DNA of 64,000 nucleotides from the human T2T-CHM13v2.0 reference genome, Homo sapiens (GCF_009914755.1 NC_060934.1), one strand, 5' to 3'. Counted from the stretch's first letter, positions 42,901-61,040 are shown. Program-made: numbers and translations. Notes: generated by a model not told the origin, from the letters alone.

Positions 42901-45900
42901 TGCCATCCAGTAGGTCCCAAGTTCTTATCCTGCATCCAGGGAGAATGGAGTACATAGACAACTGGAGGGTGAGCAAGGTGGAGAGGAGCTTCATTGAGTG
43001 ACAGAACAGCTCTCAGGAGACCCAAAATGGGTAGCTCCTTTCCACAGCCAGGTCATCCAGAGGAGTGTCCAGCTCTCAGCGGAGAGGAGATCCAGAGTGT
43101 GTAGCTCCTACCCACAGGCAGATCATCCCAATGAGTGTCTAGCTCTCAGCAGAGAGGAGACCAGGAGTGGGTAGCACATTTCCACAGGCAGGCTGTCCCT
43201 ACAAGCTGAGGAGATCCAACATAGGTAGCTCCTTTCCACAGTGGGTAGTCAGCCATCTGTGTGAGTCTGGCTGAGTCTTGGGTTTTTATGGGCTCAGAAG
43301 GGAGAAAGTGCATGCTGATTGGTCCATGGGCAGCCATGAATAGGCCTGGAAAAAGCATTGTAAGTTCTCACTCTGGGCCACGGACTCCATCTGGAGCTGG
43401 CAGCCCAGACCCCAGGCTTCAGGTGGTCCCTGGCTTGAAGGTGGAGTTTCACCAGGGACCCGCCCCTTTCTGCCCAGGAGCCTGTCTGCCTCCTGCCGCC
43501 ATCAACATTCCATCCACAGGGCCCAGGCTGTTTGTGTCAAGGGGTTCCTGCAGGCCCACGCCAAGCTGCCTGCAGCACCCCCCACCAGCCTCCTTCCCAT
43601 GTTCATCGCCACCCAGAGTCCAGTGGGGGCTGAGGCGGCAGGGGGTTGGCGTGTCGGTGCCGCCCCAAGTGCACGCACACCTGGCTGAGTCACGACAGTA
43701 CCTGGGCTCAGCCACAGCTTTGCTCTGCTCTGGAGTGGGAGCCAGGAGTGGAGAGAGGCCAGGGAGCAGGAGCAGACACTTCCGAGCCTGTGGGGAAAGA
43801 GCCCACAAGAGCGCAGGGATGCTCAGGTCGGGAGCCAGGGCTGGGCGGCAGCAGCGGTGCCCAGGAGCATGGGCTCCTGCTCCACCAATTCAGTAGGGGA
43901 CAAGGCTCTCACCTGTTCCCAGCTCCCACCAGCGCCACAGAATGCACAACCCCGCTGCACCTCCCCTGCTGCAAGTGGTGTCTTCATAACAGCTGCTCCA
44001 GACTGGCCACTGCTGCCATCATTATTATTCCTTTGAATAAACTTCCTACCTTTTTCTGTCTCCCTACCTTCTCTTTAAGATCAATAACTCTTAGATTTGC
44101 CCTTTTGAGGTTATTTTCTAGATCTTGTAGGCATGCTTCATTTTTTTTTTTGGTCTCTTCTAACTGTGTATTTTCAAATAGCCTGTCCTCAAGTTTACTC
44201 ATTCTTTCTTCTGCTTGACTAATTCTTCTGTTAAGAGACTCTGATGCATTCTTCAGTACGTAAATTGTATTTTCGGCTCCAGATTTCTGCTTTATTCTTT
44301 AACTATTTCAACTTATTTGTTAGACTTATCTGATGGGATTCTGAACTCCTTCTCTGTGTTAAATTGGATTTCATTGAGCCTCCTCAAAACAGCCATTTTG
44401 AACTCTATGCCTAAAAGGCCACATATCTCTGTCTCTCCAGAATTGGTCACGGGTGCCTTATTTATTAATAGTTCCTGTGGTGAGGTCATGTTTTCCTGGA
44501 TGGTCTTGATGCCTGTTGATGTTCATTGGTGTGTGGGCACTGAATATGTAAGTATTTATTATGTTCTTCATAGTCTGGGATTGTTTGTACCCATACTTCT
44601 TGGGAAGGCTTTCCAGGTATTTGAAGGGATTTGGGTGTTATGATCTAAGTCTTTGGTCACTGCAGCCATATCTGCTTTAGGGGGTGCTCCAAGCCCAGTA
44701 ATGCTGTGACTCTTGCAGATTCATAGAGATACTGACTTGGTGGTCTTGGGTAAGATCTGGAAGAATTTCCTAGATTAACAGGCAGAGACTCTTATTCTCT
44801 TCCCTACTTCCCCCAACAAACAGAGTCTCTCTCTCACTCTGTGCTGAGCTGCCTGGAGCCGGGGAAGGGGTTAGAGAAGAACCCCTGTGGCCACCACCAC
44901 TGGGACTGTGCTGGGCCAGACCCAAAGCCAAGCCAAGGACTGAGTCTCACTCAAGGCTTGCAGTCACCATTGCCTGACAAGTGCCTATGTTCACTCAAGG
45001 TGTTAGAGCTCTACAATTAGCAGGTAGCAAATCCAGCCAGCCTTGTGTCCTTTCCTTCAGGGCAATGAGATCCCCCTGGCACTGGATGGGTCCAGGGTTG
45101 CCATCTGGGAGCTAGGGCATAGAGTCAAGAATCTCAGGAATCTACCTGGCTCTCTATTATACTACAGCTGAGCTGACAACCAAGCCACATGACATAGTCC
45201 TTCCTGCTCTTTCCTCCCACTTCCACAAGCAGAGGAGTCTCTCTGCCACAGCCTGCACCACCCCAGGCCCACGATGAGGACTGCCTGGCTACTACTGGGT
45301 TTCACTCAAGGCCCAAGGGCTCTTCAGTCAGCTTGTGGTGAATTCTGCCAGGCCTGAGTCTCTCCCTTCAGGGCAGTGGGCTCCCCTCTGGCCCAAGGCA
45401 GGTCAAGAAATTCCATCCAGGAGCCAAAGCCTGGAATTGGGGATCCCAGGATCCCACTTGCTGCTCTATTTCTCTATAGCCAAGCTGGTAACCAAGTTGC
45501 AAGACAAAGTCCCCTTTAATCTTCCCTCTCCTTTCCTCACGCAGAAGGGGTCTTCCCCCCTAGAGCCACCACAGCTAGGGATGTGCTGGGTCACACCCGA
45601 AGCCAGCACAACTCTGATTCTCACCCAAGGGCCACGGCAAATACTTCCTGTCTACTACTACTGATTATTAAGGGCCCAAGGGCTCCTTAGTCAGCAAGTG
45701 ATGAATTCTGTCAGTACTGGGCCTTTCCCTTCAAGGCAATGGAGTCCCTTTTGGCCTAGGGTATGTTTAGAAATATTGTCCAGGAGCTGTGGCTAAGCTG
45801 GTATCCAAGTTGCAAGACAAAGTCCTCTTTACTCTCCCCTCTCTTCTCCTCAAACAGAAGGAAGAAGTACCTCCAAGAGTTGCAAGCTGTGCTGCCTGGG

Positions 45901-46532
45901 GTTGGGAGAGGGGTTATGCAAGCACTCCCTTGGCCTCCCGGCTTATATCCCACTAGGTCCCATGCACCCCAAGTCCACTGTCTCCATGGCAAGCACAGCA
46001 CTAGGGCTTGCCCAAGAATTATAGTCCGTGTGGCCTAGACTGCCTTTCAATTTTATTTAGAAGCCCAGAGCACTTTAGCCCATGATGGCAGGGCTTGCCA
46101 GAACTCAGCTTCTGGCCACTGCAATGGATGATTTCCCTGTGGTTAGGACTAGTCTAAATGCTCTCTCCATGGGTGTTGGTTGGGTTCTGCCTGGTGTTTC
46201 TTTCTGCTATGACAAGGCAGCAATGAGTTTCAATGCAAATTTCCACAATCACTGCATTCTCCCTCCAACAAGCACACAGATTCTCTCTCCGCACCACATG
46301 GTGGCTGCTGGAAGATTGGGCAGAGGTGGTGCAGGCAATTCAAGGCTGTCTTTCCTACCCTCTATAGTGTCTCCTTCCTTAATATGATATTAAAACCAGG
46401 TACTGTGAAAAATCACCTGATGTTTGGTTCTTATGAAGGTGTTTTTTTGTGTGGATAGTTGTTCAATTTGGTGTTCCTGTGTGGGTGGACAATTGCTGAA
46501 GATTTCTCTTCAGCCATCTTTCTCCACCTCCC
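39968..46532 (-). mobile_element. Near-full-length old L1 (L1MA2/3-like) with a large ORF2 deletion and a MER52 insertion
   Basis: 3'UTR and ORF2 end at 39.97-41.77 kb; jump to the inter-ORF/ORF1 region; ORF1-like peptide (LQDLENNLKRANLRVI); repetitive 5'UTR ending in ggaggtggagaaagatggctg; possible TSD acctcttt. Confidence 0.85.
42349..44021 (-). mobile_element. ERV1 solo LTR, MER52 family
   Basis: GC-rich 1.67-kb LTR; minus strand starts tgatggcagcagtggcc; internal cagctctcagc.gagaggagac repeats; perfect TSD ttat. Confidence 0.88.
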
Positions 46533-46699
46533 TCCTGCACCTCTTTCACAGCTTAGTTTGTGAACAAAGATTCGTTCCTGTTATGATAGCTATTATTGAT
46601 CGTTCATTCACTCACATATGCATTTATTCAACAGCATTTATGGCAGGTGTTGTTGTAGGAGTTAGGGACACTACAGTGAACCAGAAAAACAATCCAGAA

Positions 46700-47100
46700 A
46701 TAATAGATACATGGTACATCCACGCAATGAAATATTTAGCAATAAAAACAAATGAAGTACGAATACATACTACAACATGACTGAACCTGAAAACATTACG
46801 CTAAGTGAAAGAAGCCAGAAACAAAAGACTATATATTGTATGATTCCATCTCTATGAAAAGGCAAATCGATAGAGACAGAAAATAGATTGGTAGTTGCCA
46901 GAGGATGGCGTAAGTTGAGGGCAAGTGAAGAGTGACTTCTAATAGGTTCAGGGTTTATTTTCAGGATGATGAAATGTTCTAAAAATAATTGGGCTGACGG
47001 TTGCACAACTCTGTAAATTTACTAAATCCACTTACTTATACACTTCAAATGGGTGAATTGAATGATATGTGAATTGTATCTCAATAAAGCTGTTAAAAAA
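46700..47100 (+). mobile_element. L1MB-type 3' end
   Basis: aaaacattacgctaagtgaaagaagccag...tatctcaataaagctgtt. Confidence 0.8.
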
Positions 47101-47223
47101 GAATATTACATTTAAAATTTTTAAGATTAAATCAATAGATGCAGACATTTAAAAATTAGTAGATACAATAGTAGCTCACTACATGACTACCGGGATTACT
47201 TCCGTGTATTTAGATTTTTTTAA

Positions 47224-47367
<144 letters not shown>

Positions 47368-47873
47368 TAATATAATGAATACTTCTGCTAGTGAATCATC
47401 CAGAACGCAAAAGTAAGTGAGGCATCAACTGACCCAGGCTGAGCTCAGAAGCTCAAGCTCAAATTGAGAAGGCTGCCAAAAAAAAAAAAAAAAATAGTGT
47501 GGATTTTCTGGGGCTTTTATTGTCCCCACCCTTTTCAGTTTCCATTAGTCTAGAGAAGTGAGAGTCAGCAGATTGGATGAAATTTCCTGAACCTGGAGCT
47601 GTTGAGAAAAGTCTTCCTAAGCCTCCTTGAGTGCTGCAGGCATGGTTTCTTTTGATTCTCCAGAGACAGAGCCTAAAGCACACCCTTGGAAGCAGGTAAC
47701 CTTTTGCGAAAAGATTCAGGAAGCAGGAGTGAGAGACCACAGAGAATGAGATCTGGAGGGGGAAGCACCAGTCACTAGGACATTATCAAGCTGATTCCCA
47801 TCTTGGGAAATGGAGCCCAGACCTTCTGGGGACTGTATGAGGCACCACGTAGAATGTAACTCAGAAGTGTCTT

Positions 47874-48187
47874 TTATTTATTTCTGTTTTTTATTTATTT
47901 TTTTTTGAGACAGGGTCTCATACCATCATCCAGGCTGGAGGGCAGTGACGCGAATAGGGCTCACTGTAGCCTTGACCTCCTAGGCTCAAGTGATCCTCCT
48001 ACCTCAGTCTCCAAAGTAGCTGGGACCACGGGCACACACCACTATACCTACCTAATTTTGAAATTTTCTGTAGAGATGAGGTCTTGCCATATTGCCCCAT
48101 CTAGTCTCAAACTCCTGGGCTCGAGAAATTCTCCTTCCTTGGCCTCCCAAATGCTAGGGTTACGGGTGTGAGCCACTGCACAAGGCC
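47874..48187 (-). mobile_element. AluJ-like
   Basis: TSD agaagtgtctt at 47863-47873 and 48188-48198. Confidence 0.92.
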
Positions 48188-49147
48188 AGAAGTGTCTTCT
48201 GAAGGACCTGGAACAGGCATTTATCCCTCTCCAAGAACATTAACTGCCTCCAGCTCTGGGCAACACCTACAGGTGGGCTAAGTAGGTTCCCTCAGTTTCT
48301 GAGAACGCTCTGAGGTCGAACCTCACTGTCTAGAAAAGAGACACATGTCAGGAAGGCGGGTGGGGGAAGGGCTGACCTCACCAAAGAAGTACCCAGTGAA
48401 CATGACCAAACCACTGGCGAACGAATACAGCATGTTTCAGACATTGCCTGTGCATTGCTTCCTTCTCTGCTTGCAGTCGGTCCTAAAAACATAAGAGAGA
48501 TGCTCTTCTGTTTTAGCAGAGGAGAAAGCTTGAATAAATTACACAAGCTGCCTGAAGTTGCTCTGGAAGAATATGACAAGGTAGGGATTCAAATTTGGAG
48601 ACCAACCTGATCACAAAGCTCAACTAATATTTCTGTATTTTGATGATGACACATTACAAAATATGTTTTATGTAGGGGCTCAGATTACACACACACATAT
48701 ATAACTAAAAGTTTCATAAAAACCTCCTTTCTCATGGGCAATACACTCTGATGTTTAGTTCTATTCTGTTTTTAAATGCCACTTGCAATCATTTAACTTA
48801 TTTCACAATTCACTAATGGGACACATCCCATGATATGGAAAGAATACTTGATTACTTATTTATTCAATTACTTGTGAGACACATATAGTGCCCATCCAAG
48901 CCATTCCCCCATTAATAATAATTGTCATATTATTTGTAGTTAGCCCTCTCCTTCAGTCTTGGCCAGTTCCCAATTAAATGCTCTTAAAACTGGGTCAGTT
49001 TTCTTTAGAGTGCTAATCTTAAAGTGTACTTACATATCCCATTTGTGCGGTTATTGATTTCTGCCTGTCTTCCACGAACTGTAAGGTTTACTCATGGTCA
49101 AGTCTACTTTGACTCACCTGTCTCCCTAGTGCCAGGAGCATGCATAG

Positions 49148-49548
<401 letters not shown>

Positions 49549-49834
49549 TGCCCTCAGATGTATTCTTATCTCCTTTCTTCTTCACAACTCCATGAGTGGA
49601 CACAGGAAGAGGGGTCAACTGCTTGACTTCAAATCCCACCTCCGAATCCTATAAGCTGCATGACCTCCAGCAGGTTTCTCATTCACACACACAAAAAATA
49701 ATAATGACTTACCTTATGGAATTATTGTGAGAATTAATCGATAAGATCTCATTGAACAAAAATAAAGTGGGGGTAGGAATAAAGAAAGTTTACTGTAAAA
49801 AGCCCTGAAATGAAATATAGTCAAGTGAGGCAGA

Positions 49835-50255
49835 TGTTATTAATTGAATCGTGTCTCTCTTGCCAAAAAAAAAAGAGAAAAAAGATATATTGAAGTCCTA
49901 ACCTTCAGGATATCAAGTGAGCTTATTAGGAAGTTAGGACATTGCAAAAATCATTAAGATGAAGTCATACTGGAATAGAGTGGGCCATTAACCTCATATG
50001 GCTGGTGTCCTTATAAGAAGACGGCCATGTGAAGACAGAGAAACACAGTGAGAACACCATGTGATGACAAAGGCAAGATCGCAGTGATGCAGCCATAAGC
50101 CAAGAAATGCCAAGGGCTCCAGACAAACTACCAGAAGCTAAGAAGAGGCACTGTCAGATTCTCCTGCAGGTTTCAAAGGGGATACAGCTCAGCTGACACC
50201 TAGATCTCAGACTTCTCGCTTCCAGAACTGTGAGACGATCAATTTCTGTTGCTAA
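49835..50255 (+). mobile_element. MaLR LTR MLT1B/C-like
   Basis: tgaagtcctaacc...ctggtgtccttataagaag...ccagaactgtgagac..aatttctgttg. Confidence 0.8.
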
Positions 50256-51231
50256 AAATAATAACCTCAATGACGATTAGTCATTATTATCATCATTCTA
50301 CAGATGAGGGCAAAGTAGCATCTTTCAAACCCAAGTGAATTAATTGGCATTCATCCTTTAGGGCCTGGGGCTGGTTTCTGGGCTATACCTTTTATATATT
50401 TCAAATGCACACTCTAACAATACAACAATTCAAAATTTTAATCATTTAAACCCTTCCCTCAGGTAGCAAAATCCAGTGGCTAGCAATTATTGCAGTGTCC
50501 CAATTTAAGGGCATGTTAATAACATGTAAATGTTCTATTCTTACCAACACACATTTTAAATAATCTCTTCCAATCATCAGGCCTACTAAATTGTCCTTCT
50601 AATCTTATCACCTGTGACATTAAAAATCTCTTGACCAGGGAGAAGCAGGCCCTAAAGAGGTGTTGTGAGAGGATTTAGCATAGACCTGAAGGTGACTGAG
50701 GTTGAGAAAGTATTGCCCCTTGTCGTCAGATCTTACGTTTCCCAGACAGTAACAATCATGCTTTTTAGGGTCTAGAGTTGACCCCCATTTGGGTATGTAT
50801 TTGACCTGCAGTGAGATCTTACCCAGAAGGGGTGAGGAGTCTTCTTAGAAGTAGGATCCACAGCGTTGGCCTGACTTATTACTAGCTTGGGCCCCTCTTT
50901 CCATGTAAAAGAGACATTGCCCAGGTCCCCCAAGCCTGACAATGTGGCAACGTGGACTGGTGATGGAGAATCCAGAGTGTGACTCAGACCTGAAGTTGGC
51001 TCCTGGCTCAGCCACTTATCAGCTGCCTCAAATGTCCTCATCTATAAAAAGTGAACAAAAAGAGCTCCTGCTTCAGAGCATTGCTGTGAGGAGAAATGGA
51101 CTTGATGGGTGGATGTGCTAACACAGCACAAGGCACATATAAACATTTTTTAAAGGTTTGTCTTCTCTTCCTATAGTATTATAGTAATTATTATTAACAT
51201 GAGTATTGAAGCCTCAGGTTAACTTTGACTT

Positions 51232-51489
51232 GGCTGGAGTACAGTGGTGCAATCTCAGCTCACTGCAACCTCTGCCCCCCCAGAGTCAAGTGACTCTCCT
51301 GCCTCAGCCTCCCTAGTAGCTAGGATTACAGGAGACTGCCACCACGCCCAGCTAATTTTTGTATTTTTAGTAGAGACGGGGTTTCACCATGTTGGCCAGG
51401 CTTGTCTTGAACTCCTGACCTCAAGCAATCAGCCTGCCTCGTCCTCCCGAAGTGCTGGGATTACAGGTGTGAGCCACCATCCTGGGCCC
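51232..51489 (-). mobile_element. AluS-like lacking its 3' end/tail
   Basis: Alu body starts at ggctggagtacagtgg with no T-tract. Confidence 0.88.
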
Positions 51490-51657
51490 AATGCAATCAT
51501 TTTCTAGGTACTACTGATTTCATTTCTGCAGAGCCTCCACTGTCCCCTTCTCTCCATTTCTATCCCTTTCATTGCCTCTTGCCTAGTGAGACTGGGGCCT
51601 CAGCACTTCTCATGTGGTCCCACTCAGCTTCTTGATGAGCATAATGACACCTTACAC

Positions 51658-51820
51658 CAGTGGTTCTCTAACTTTGCTGGACATTAAAATCATTTAGGGA
51701 GATTTGATGTCCCCACGCCCACCACAGACCAATTACATCAGAATGTGTGGCCACAGACAGAGGTACCAGTATGATCCATGGGATTCCAATGAGCCTGCAA
51801 GGCTGAGAAGCATTGCTCAG
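51658..51820. mobile_element. MER5A-like
   Basis: cagtggttctcta...ggctgagaagcattg. Confidence 0.6.
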
Positions 51821-52417
51821 TCCACGGCTCACACTACTGCTAGAATGGCCTTCTCAGAAGACAGCTCCACCCAGGCCTCTCCCCTTCTGAAAAACACTGG
51901 TGTCCCCCTTCTTTTTCAATTCAAAAGAAATCTTATTGCTGGGAGAATCCATCCATCCAAATAGTTCCAAGCCCTATTTTAAAAATAAATTCACTGACTC
52001 TGCATATGTTAGTAGTTTTCCATTTGCAGAGTATGTGGACTGACAAATAGGTACTATGAGATCAGTAACACTTTTAAATGAATGGTGTTTCTTAGTCATC
52101 ACTACAGAATCTCCATATACTTGAAAAATAGCACATATTGAGAGCTGTTGTGCCATTTCTGTACACATAGATTCATTGACTTACCCCAAGAAACCCACAG
52201 GCCCCAGGGTCCATAGCCCACAGAAACTGCTGATTATTGTCAAGGTGAAAACTTCATTGAGCATCAGCTTGAAGCCATAAAATGGTTAGATAGGTTTTCC
52301 AAGGCCACACAACCAGAGGTGGAGCAGGGAGCTGAGCCCCAGTCTTCTGATACCAAGTTCAGTGGTCTTTTTACTGCAGAAGATTCTCAAGACATTCTAT
52401 ACTTGTCCCAACACACC

Positions 52418-52793
52418 TGGTATGGTTTGACTGTGTCCCCACCCAAATCTCATCTTGAATTGTAGTTCCCATAATCCCCACGTGTCATGGGAGGGACCTG
52501 GTGGGAGGTAATTTAATGATGGGGGTGGTTACCCTCATGCTGTTCTCATGATACTGAGTGAGTTCTCACATGATCTGATGGTTTAATAAGGGGCTTTCTC
52601 CCCTTTTACTCAGCACTTCTCCTTGCTGCCACCATGAGAAGAAGGATGTGTTTCCTTCCCCTTCCACCATGATTGTAAGTTTCCTGAGGTCTCCTCAGCC
52701 ATGCTGAACTGTGAGCCAATTAAACCTCTTTCCTTTATAAATTTCCCAATCCCGGGTATGTCTTTATTAGCAACATGAGAACAGACTAATACA
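52418..52793 (+). mobile_element. MaLR solo LTR THE1D-like
   Basis: tggtatggtttgactgtgtccccacccaaatctc ... gaacagactaataca. Confidence 0.9.
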
Positions 52794-53041
52794 CCATCTC
52801 TTTTGATTTATGTGGCACCATCTCCCAACAAGCACAAATAGGTCTAATAAAATAGATCCTGTTATAGGACCAATATGTTTATATGCCCACTGTGTAGTAA
52901 AATACCAATTACACAGAGACAGCAGGGTTTGCAACAGAGAAAGAGTTTAATGATTACAGAGCACCAAGCAAGGAGATGGAAAGCGATCTTCAAATTCATC
53001 TCCCCAAGAAGTTCTTGACTGGTGCTTTTAAGGGGATTGTG

Positions 53042-53650
53042 TGGAAGTCAGTGTGGTGATTCCTCAGGGATCTAGAACTAGAAATACCATTTGACCCAGC
53101 CATCCTGTTCCTGGGTATATACCCAAAGGACTATAAATCATGCTGCTATAAAGACACATGCACACGTATGTTTATTGCGGCACTATTCACAATAGCAAAG
53201 ACTTGGAACCAACCCAAATGTCCAATAATGATAGACTGGATTAAGAAAATGTGGCACATATACACCAAGGAATACTATGCAGCCATAAAAAATGATGAGT
53301 TCATGTCCTTTGTAGGGACATGGATGAAATTGGAAATCATCATTCTCAGTAAACTATCGCAAGGACAAAAAACCAAACACTGCATGTTCTCACTCATAGA
53401 TGGGAATTGAACAATGAGAACACATGAACACAGGAAGGGGAACATCACACTCTGGGGACTGTTGTGGGGTGGCGGGAGGGGAGAGGGATAGCATTAGGAG
53501 ATATACCTAATACTAAATGACGAGTTAATGGGTGCAGCACACCAGCATGGCACATGTATACATATGTAACTAACCTGCACATTGTGCACATGTACCCTAA
53601 AACTTAAAGTATAATTAAAAAAAAAAAAAAACTGCAAAAAAAAAAAAAAG
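53042..53650 (+). mobile_element. 5'-truncated L1PA3-like 3' end
   Basis: ORF2 C-terminus, 3'UTR and poly(A); TSD about ggggattgtg at a tttt/aa site. Confidence 0.92.
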
Positions 53651-53900
53651 CGGGGGGATTGTGGAGTGGAAAGGGCTGGAGAGTTGGGATCATTGATTTA
53701 TTGGGGTAAGAGGGATGAAATCATCAGGAAACTATTTTTTGGTGAGTCAGTTCCTGTGAGGTTCTTCAGACCAGATGATGTCAGTAGTTTCACTGGTATG
53801 CAGGACTTGAAAGGAATATCTCAAAGGGAAAACTTAACATCTCATAATGTTAAAGTTGTTATCTATAGAACAGTTGAGGGGAACTTTAATCTTATAACAG

Positions 53901-54942
53901 GGGGTGGAGCCAAGATGGCCGAATAGGAACAGCTCTGGTCTACAGCTCCCAGTGTGAGCGACACAGAAGACGGGTGATTTCCGCATTTCCATCTGAGGTA
54001 CCAGGTTCATCTCACTAGGGAGTGCCAGACAGTGGGCGCAGGACAGTGGGTGCAGCGCACCGTGCACGAGCTGAAGCAGGGCGAGGCACTGCCTCACTCG
54101 GGAAGCACAAGGGGTCAGGGAGTTCCCTTTCCTAGTCAAAGAAAGGGGTGACAGATGGCACCTGGAAAATAGGGTCACTCTCACACTAATACTGCGCTTT
54201 TCCAACGGGCTTAAAAAACGGCACACCAGGAGATTATATCCCGCACCTGGCTCGGAGGGTCCTACGCCCACGGAGTCTCACTGATTGCTAGCACAGCAGT
54301 CTGAGATCAAACTGCAAGGTGGCAGTGAGGCTGGGGGAGGGACGCCTGCCATTGCCCAGGCTTGATTAGGTAAACAAAGCAGCCCGGAAGCTAGAACTGG
54401 GTGGAGCCCACCACGTAGCTCAAGGAGGCCTGCCTGCCTATGTAGGCTCCACCTCTAGGGGCGGGGCACAGACAAACAGACAGCAGTAACCTCTGCAGAC
54501 TTAAATGTCCCTGTCTGACAGCTTTGAAGAGAGTAGTGGTTCTCCCAGCACACAGCTGGAGATCTGAGAATGGGCAGACTGCCTCCTCAAGTGGGTCCCT
54601 GACCCCCGAGCAGCCTAACTGGGTGGCACCCCCCAGTAGGGGCACACTGACACCTCACACGGCCGGGTACTTCTCTGAGATAAAACTTCCAGAGGAACGA
54701 TCAGGCAGCAGCATCTGCGGGTCACCAAAATCCGCTGTTCTACAGCCACCGCTGTTCTGCAGCCACCACTGCTGACACCCAGGCAAAAAGGGTCTGGAGC
54801 GGACCTCTTGCAAACTCCAACAGATCTGCAGCTGAGGGTCCTGTCTGGTAGAAGGAAAACTAACAAACAGAAAGGACATCCATGCCAAAACCTATCTTTA
54901 CGTCACCATCATCAACGACCAAAAGTAGATAAAACCACAAAG
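53901..54942. promoter_or_regulatory. L1 5'UTR sense promoter and antisense promoter; ZNF93-target segment at about 54670-54815
   Basis: Intact 5'UTR; established L1 promoter architecture. Confidence 0.65.
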
Positions 54943-55959
54943 ATGGGGAAAAAAACAGAGCAGAAAAACTGGAAACTCTAAAAAGCAGAGCACCTCTCCT
55001 CCTCTAAAGGAACACAGCTCCTCACCAGCAACGGAACAAAGCTGGACGGAGAAGGACTTTGACAAGTTGAGAAAAGAAGGCTTCAGACGATCAAACAACT
55101 CCGAGCTACAGGAGGAAATTCAAACCAATGGCAAAGAAGTTAGAAACCTTGAAAAAAAATTAGACGAATGGATAACTAGAATAACCAATGCAGAGAAGTC
55201 CTTAAAGGAGCTGATGGAGCTGAAAGCCAAGGCTCGAGAACTACGTGAAGAATGCAGAAGCCTCAGGAGCCGATGCGATCAACTGGAAGAAAGGGTATCA
55301 GTGATGGAAGACAAAATGAATGAAATGAAGCAAGAAGGGAAGTTTAGAGAAAAAAGAATAAAAAGAAACAAAGCCTCCAAGAAATATGGGACTATATGAA
55401 AAGACCAAATCTATGTCTGATTGGTGTACCTGAAAGTGACGGGGAGAATGGAACCAAGTTGGAAAACACTCTGCAGGATATTATGCAGGAGAACTTCCCC
55501 AATCTAGCAAGGCAGGCCAACATTCAGATTCAAGAAATACAGAGAATGCCACAAAGATACTCCTCGAGAAGAGCAACTCCAAGACACATAATTGTCAGAT
55601 TCACCAAAGTTGAAATGAAGGAAAAAATGTTAAGGGCAGCCAGAGAGAAAGGTCAGGTTACCCACAAAGGGAAACCCATCAGACTAACAACAGGTGATCT
55701 CTCGGCAGAAACTCTACAAGCCAAAAGAGAGTGGGGGCCAATATTCAACATTCTTAAAGGAAAGAATTTTCAACCCAGAATTTCATATCCAGCCAAACTA
55801 AGCTTCATAAGTGAAGGAGAAATAAAATACTTTACAGACAAGCAAATGCTGAGAGATTTTGTCACCACTAGGCCTGCCCTAAAAGAGCTCCTGAAGGAAG
55901 CGCTAAACATGGAAAGGAACAACCGCTACCAGCCACTGCAAAATCATGCCAAATTGTAA
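54943..55959 (+). pseudogene. L1 ORF1p, frameshifted
   Basis: ATG at 54943 followed by A7 (+1); further shift near 55370; track pieces 55067-55399 and 55396-55959. Confidence 0.9.
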
Positions 55960-56015
55960 AGACCATCAAGGCTAGGAAGAAACTACATCAATTAACGAGC
56001 AAAATAACCAGCTAA

Positions 56016-59846
<3,831 letters not shown>

Positions 59847-60271
59847 ACAATGAGAACACATGGACACAGGAAGGGGAACATCACAATCCGGGGCCTGTTG
59901 TGGGGTGGGGGGAGGGGGTAGGGATAGCATTAGGAGATATACCTAATGTTAAATGACGAGTTAATGGGTGCAGCACACCAACATGGCACATGTATACATA
60001 TGTAACAAACCTGCACATTGTGCACATGTACCCTAAAACTTAAAGTGTAATAATAATAAAAAAATTTTTAAAAATCTTATAACAGGGCGTACATGATCCT
60101 GAGGCAATAGGCTCCATACAGCTATGAGGAAGCAGGTCAGAAAGCAAGCTGACCTAATGATTAATGCTGAGTTAGCTGCAAGCTTGATTTATTTACATAT
60201 CTCCCCCTCCCTTCTTCACTGATTTTATAAAGTTTATAGGGGCGGTGTGAATCCCTCACACCATAACTTCT

Positions 60272-60735
60272 TGTGGTAGCAAGAATGATGGTCCCTAAAG
60301 ATGTCCATGTCCTGATCCCTAGAACATGTAAAAATGTTACTTTATATGCCAAAAGAGACTTTGCAAGTATGAACAAGTTTTGCATCTTAAGATAGGGAGA
60401 TTACCATGAATTATCCACATTGGCCAAAGGTAATCAAAAGGGTCCTTATGAGAGGGAAATAGGAGAGTCCAGGAAGGACATGTGTCAATGGAAACAGAGG
60501 TCAGAGTGATGCAGGGCTATGAGCCAAGGAAGTCAGGCAGCCTCTAGAATCTGAAAAAGACAAGGAAGAGACAAGTCAAGAGCCTCCAGAAAGAACACAG
60601 TCCTGTAGGCACCTTGATTTTACCCCACTGAGACTAATTTTGGACTTCTGACCTTCAGAATTGTAAAATAATAAACTCGCATTATTTTAGACAACTGAAT
60701 TTGTGGTAACTTGTTACAGCACAACAGGAAACTAA
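60272..60735 (+). mobile_element. MaLR LTR MLT1D-like
   Basis: tgtggtagc.agaatgatggtccctaaagatgtccatgtcctgatccc...ttgttacagc. Confidence 0.8.
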
Positions 60736-61040
60736 AACACCCTTGCATACACCCCTGGGTTTCTATCTCTACATTTACAAACGAGCTCCGCCTCTTCCCA
60801 GGGGCCCCTCACATCACCACTTGTTAAAATGCTACCCCACTCCACAATGGAGAAGAAAAACTTACAAAGGGAAAAATACTTAAACACCCAATATATGTAT
60901 AAAAATATTACAATATCAAAAGGGAGTGTAGTGGTTAATAATACTGAGGTCTTCACAATCAGAGCTGCATTTTAGTTCCAGCTCTGCCACTTTAACAGCT
61001 ATGCGATTTGGGGTAAGTTATTGAACCTCTCTTGGGTTCT

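Noticed and set aside
42311-44218. Several 100-211 aa ORFs
   Set aside because: They lie in the GC-rich MER52 LTR, are stop-poor by composition, and contain no recognisable domain
44900-45850. Recurring ~350-bp modules (cactcaaggc..., caagttgcaagacaaagtcc)
   Set aside because: Expected repetitive architecture of old L1M 5'UTRs
53834-54271. 145-aa ORF0-like antisense ORF
   Set aside because: The true ORF0 ATG is cut off by an in-frame TGA; the listed ORF starts at a GTG
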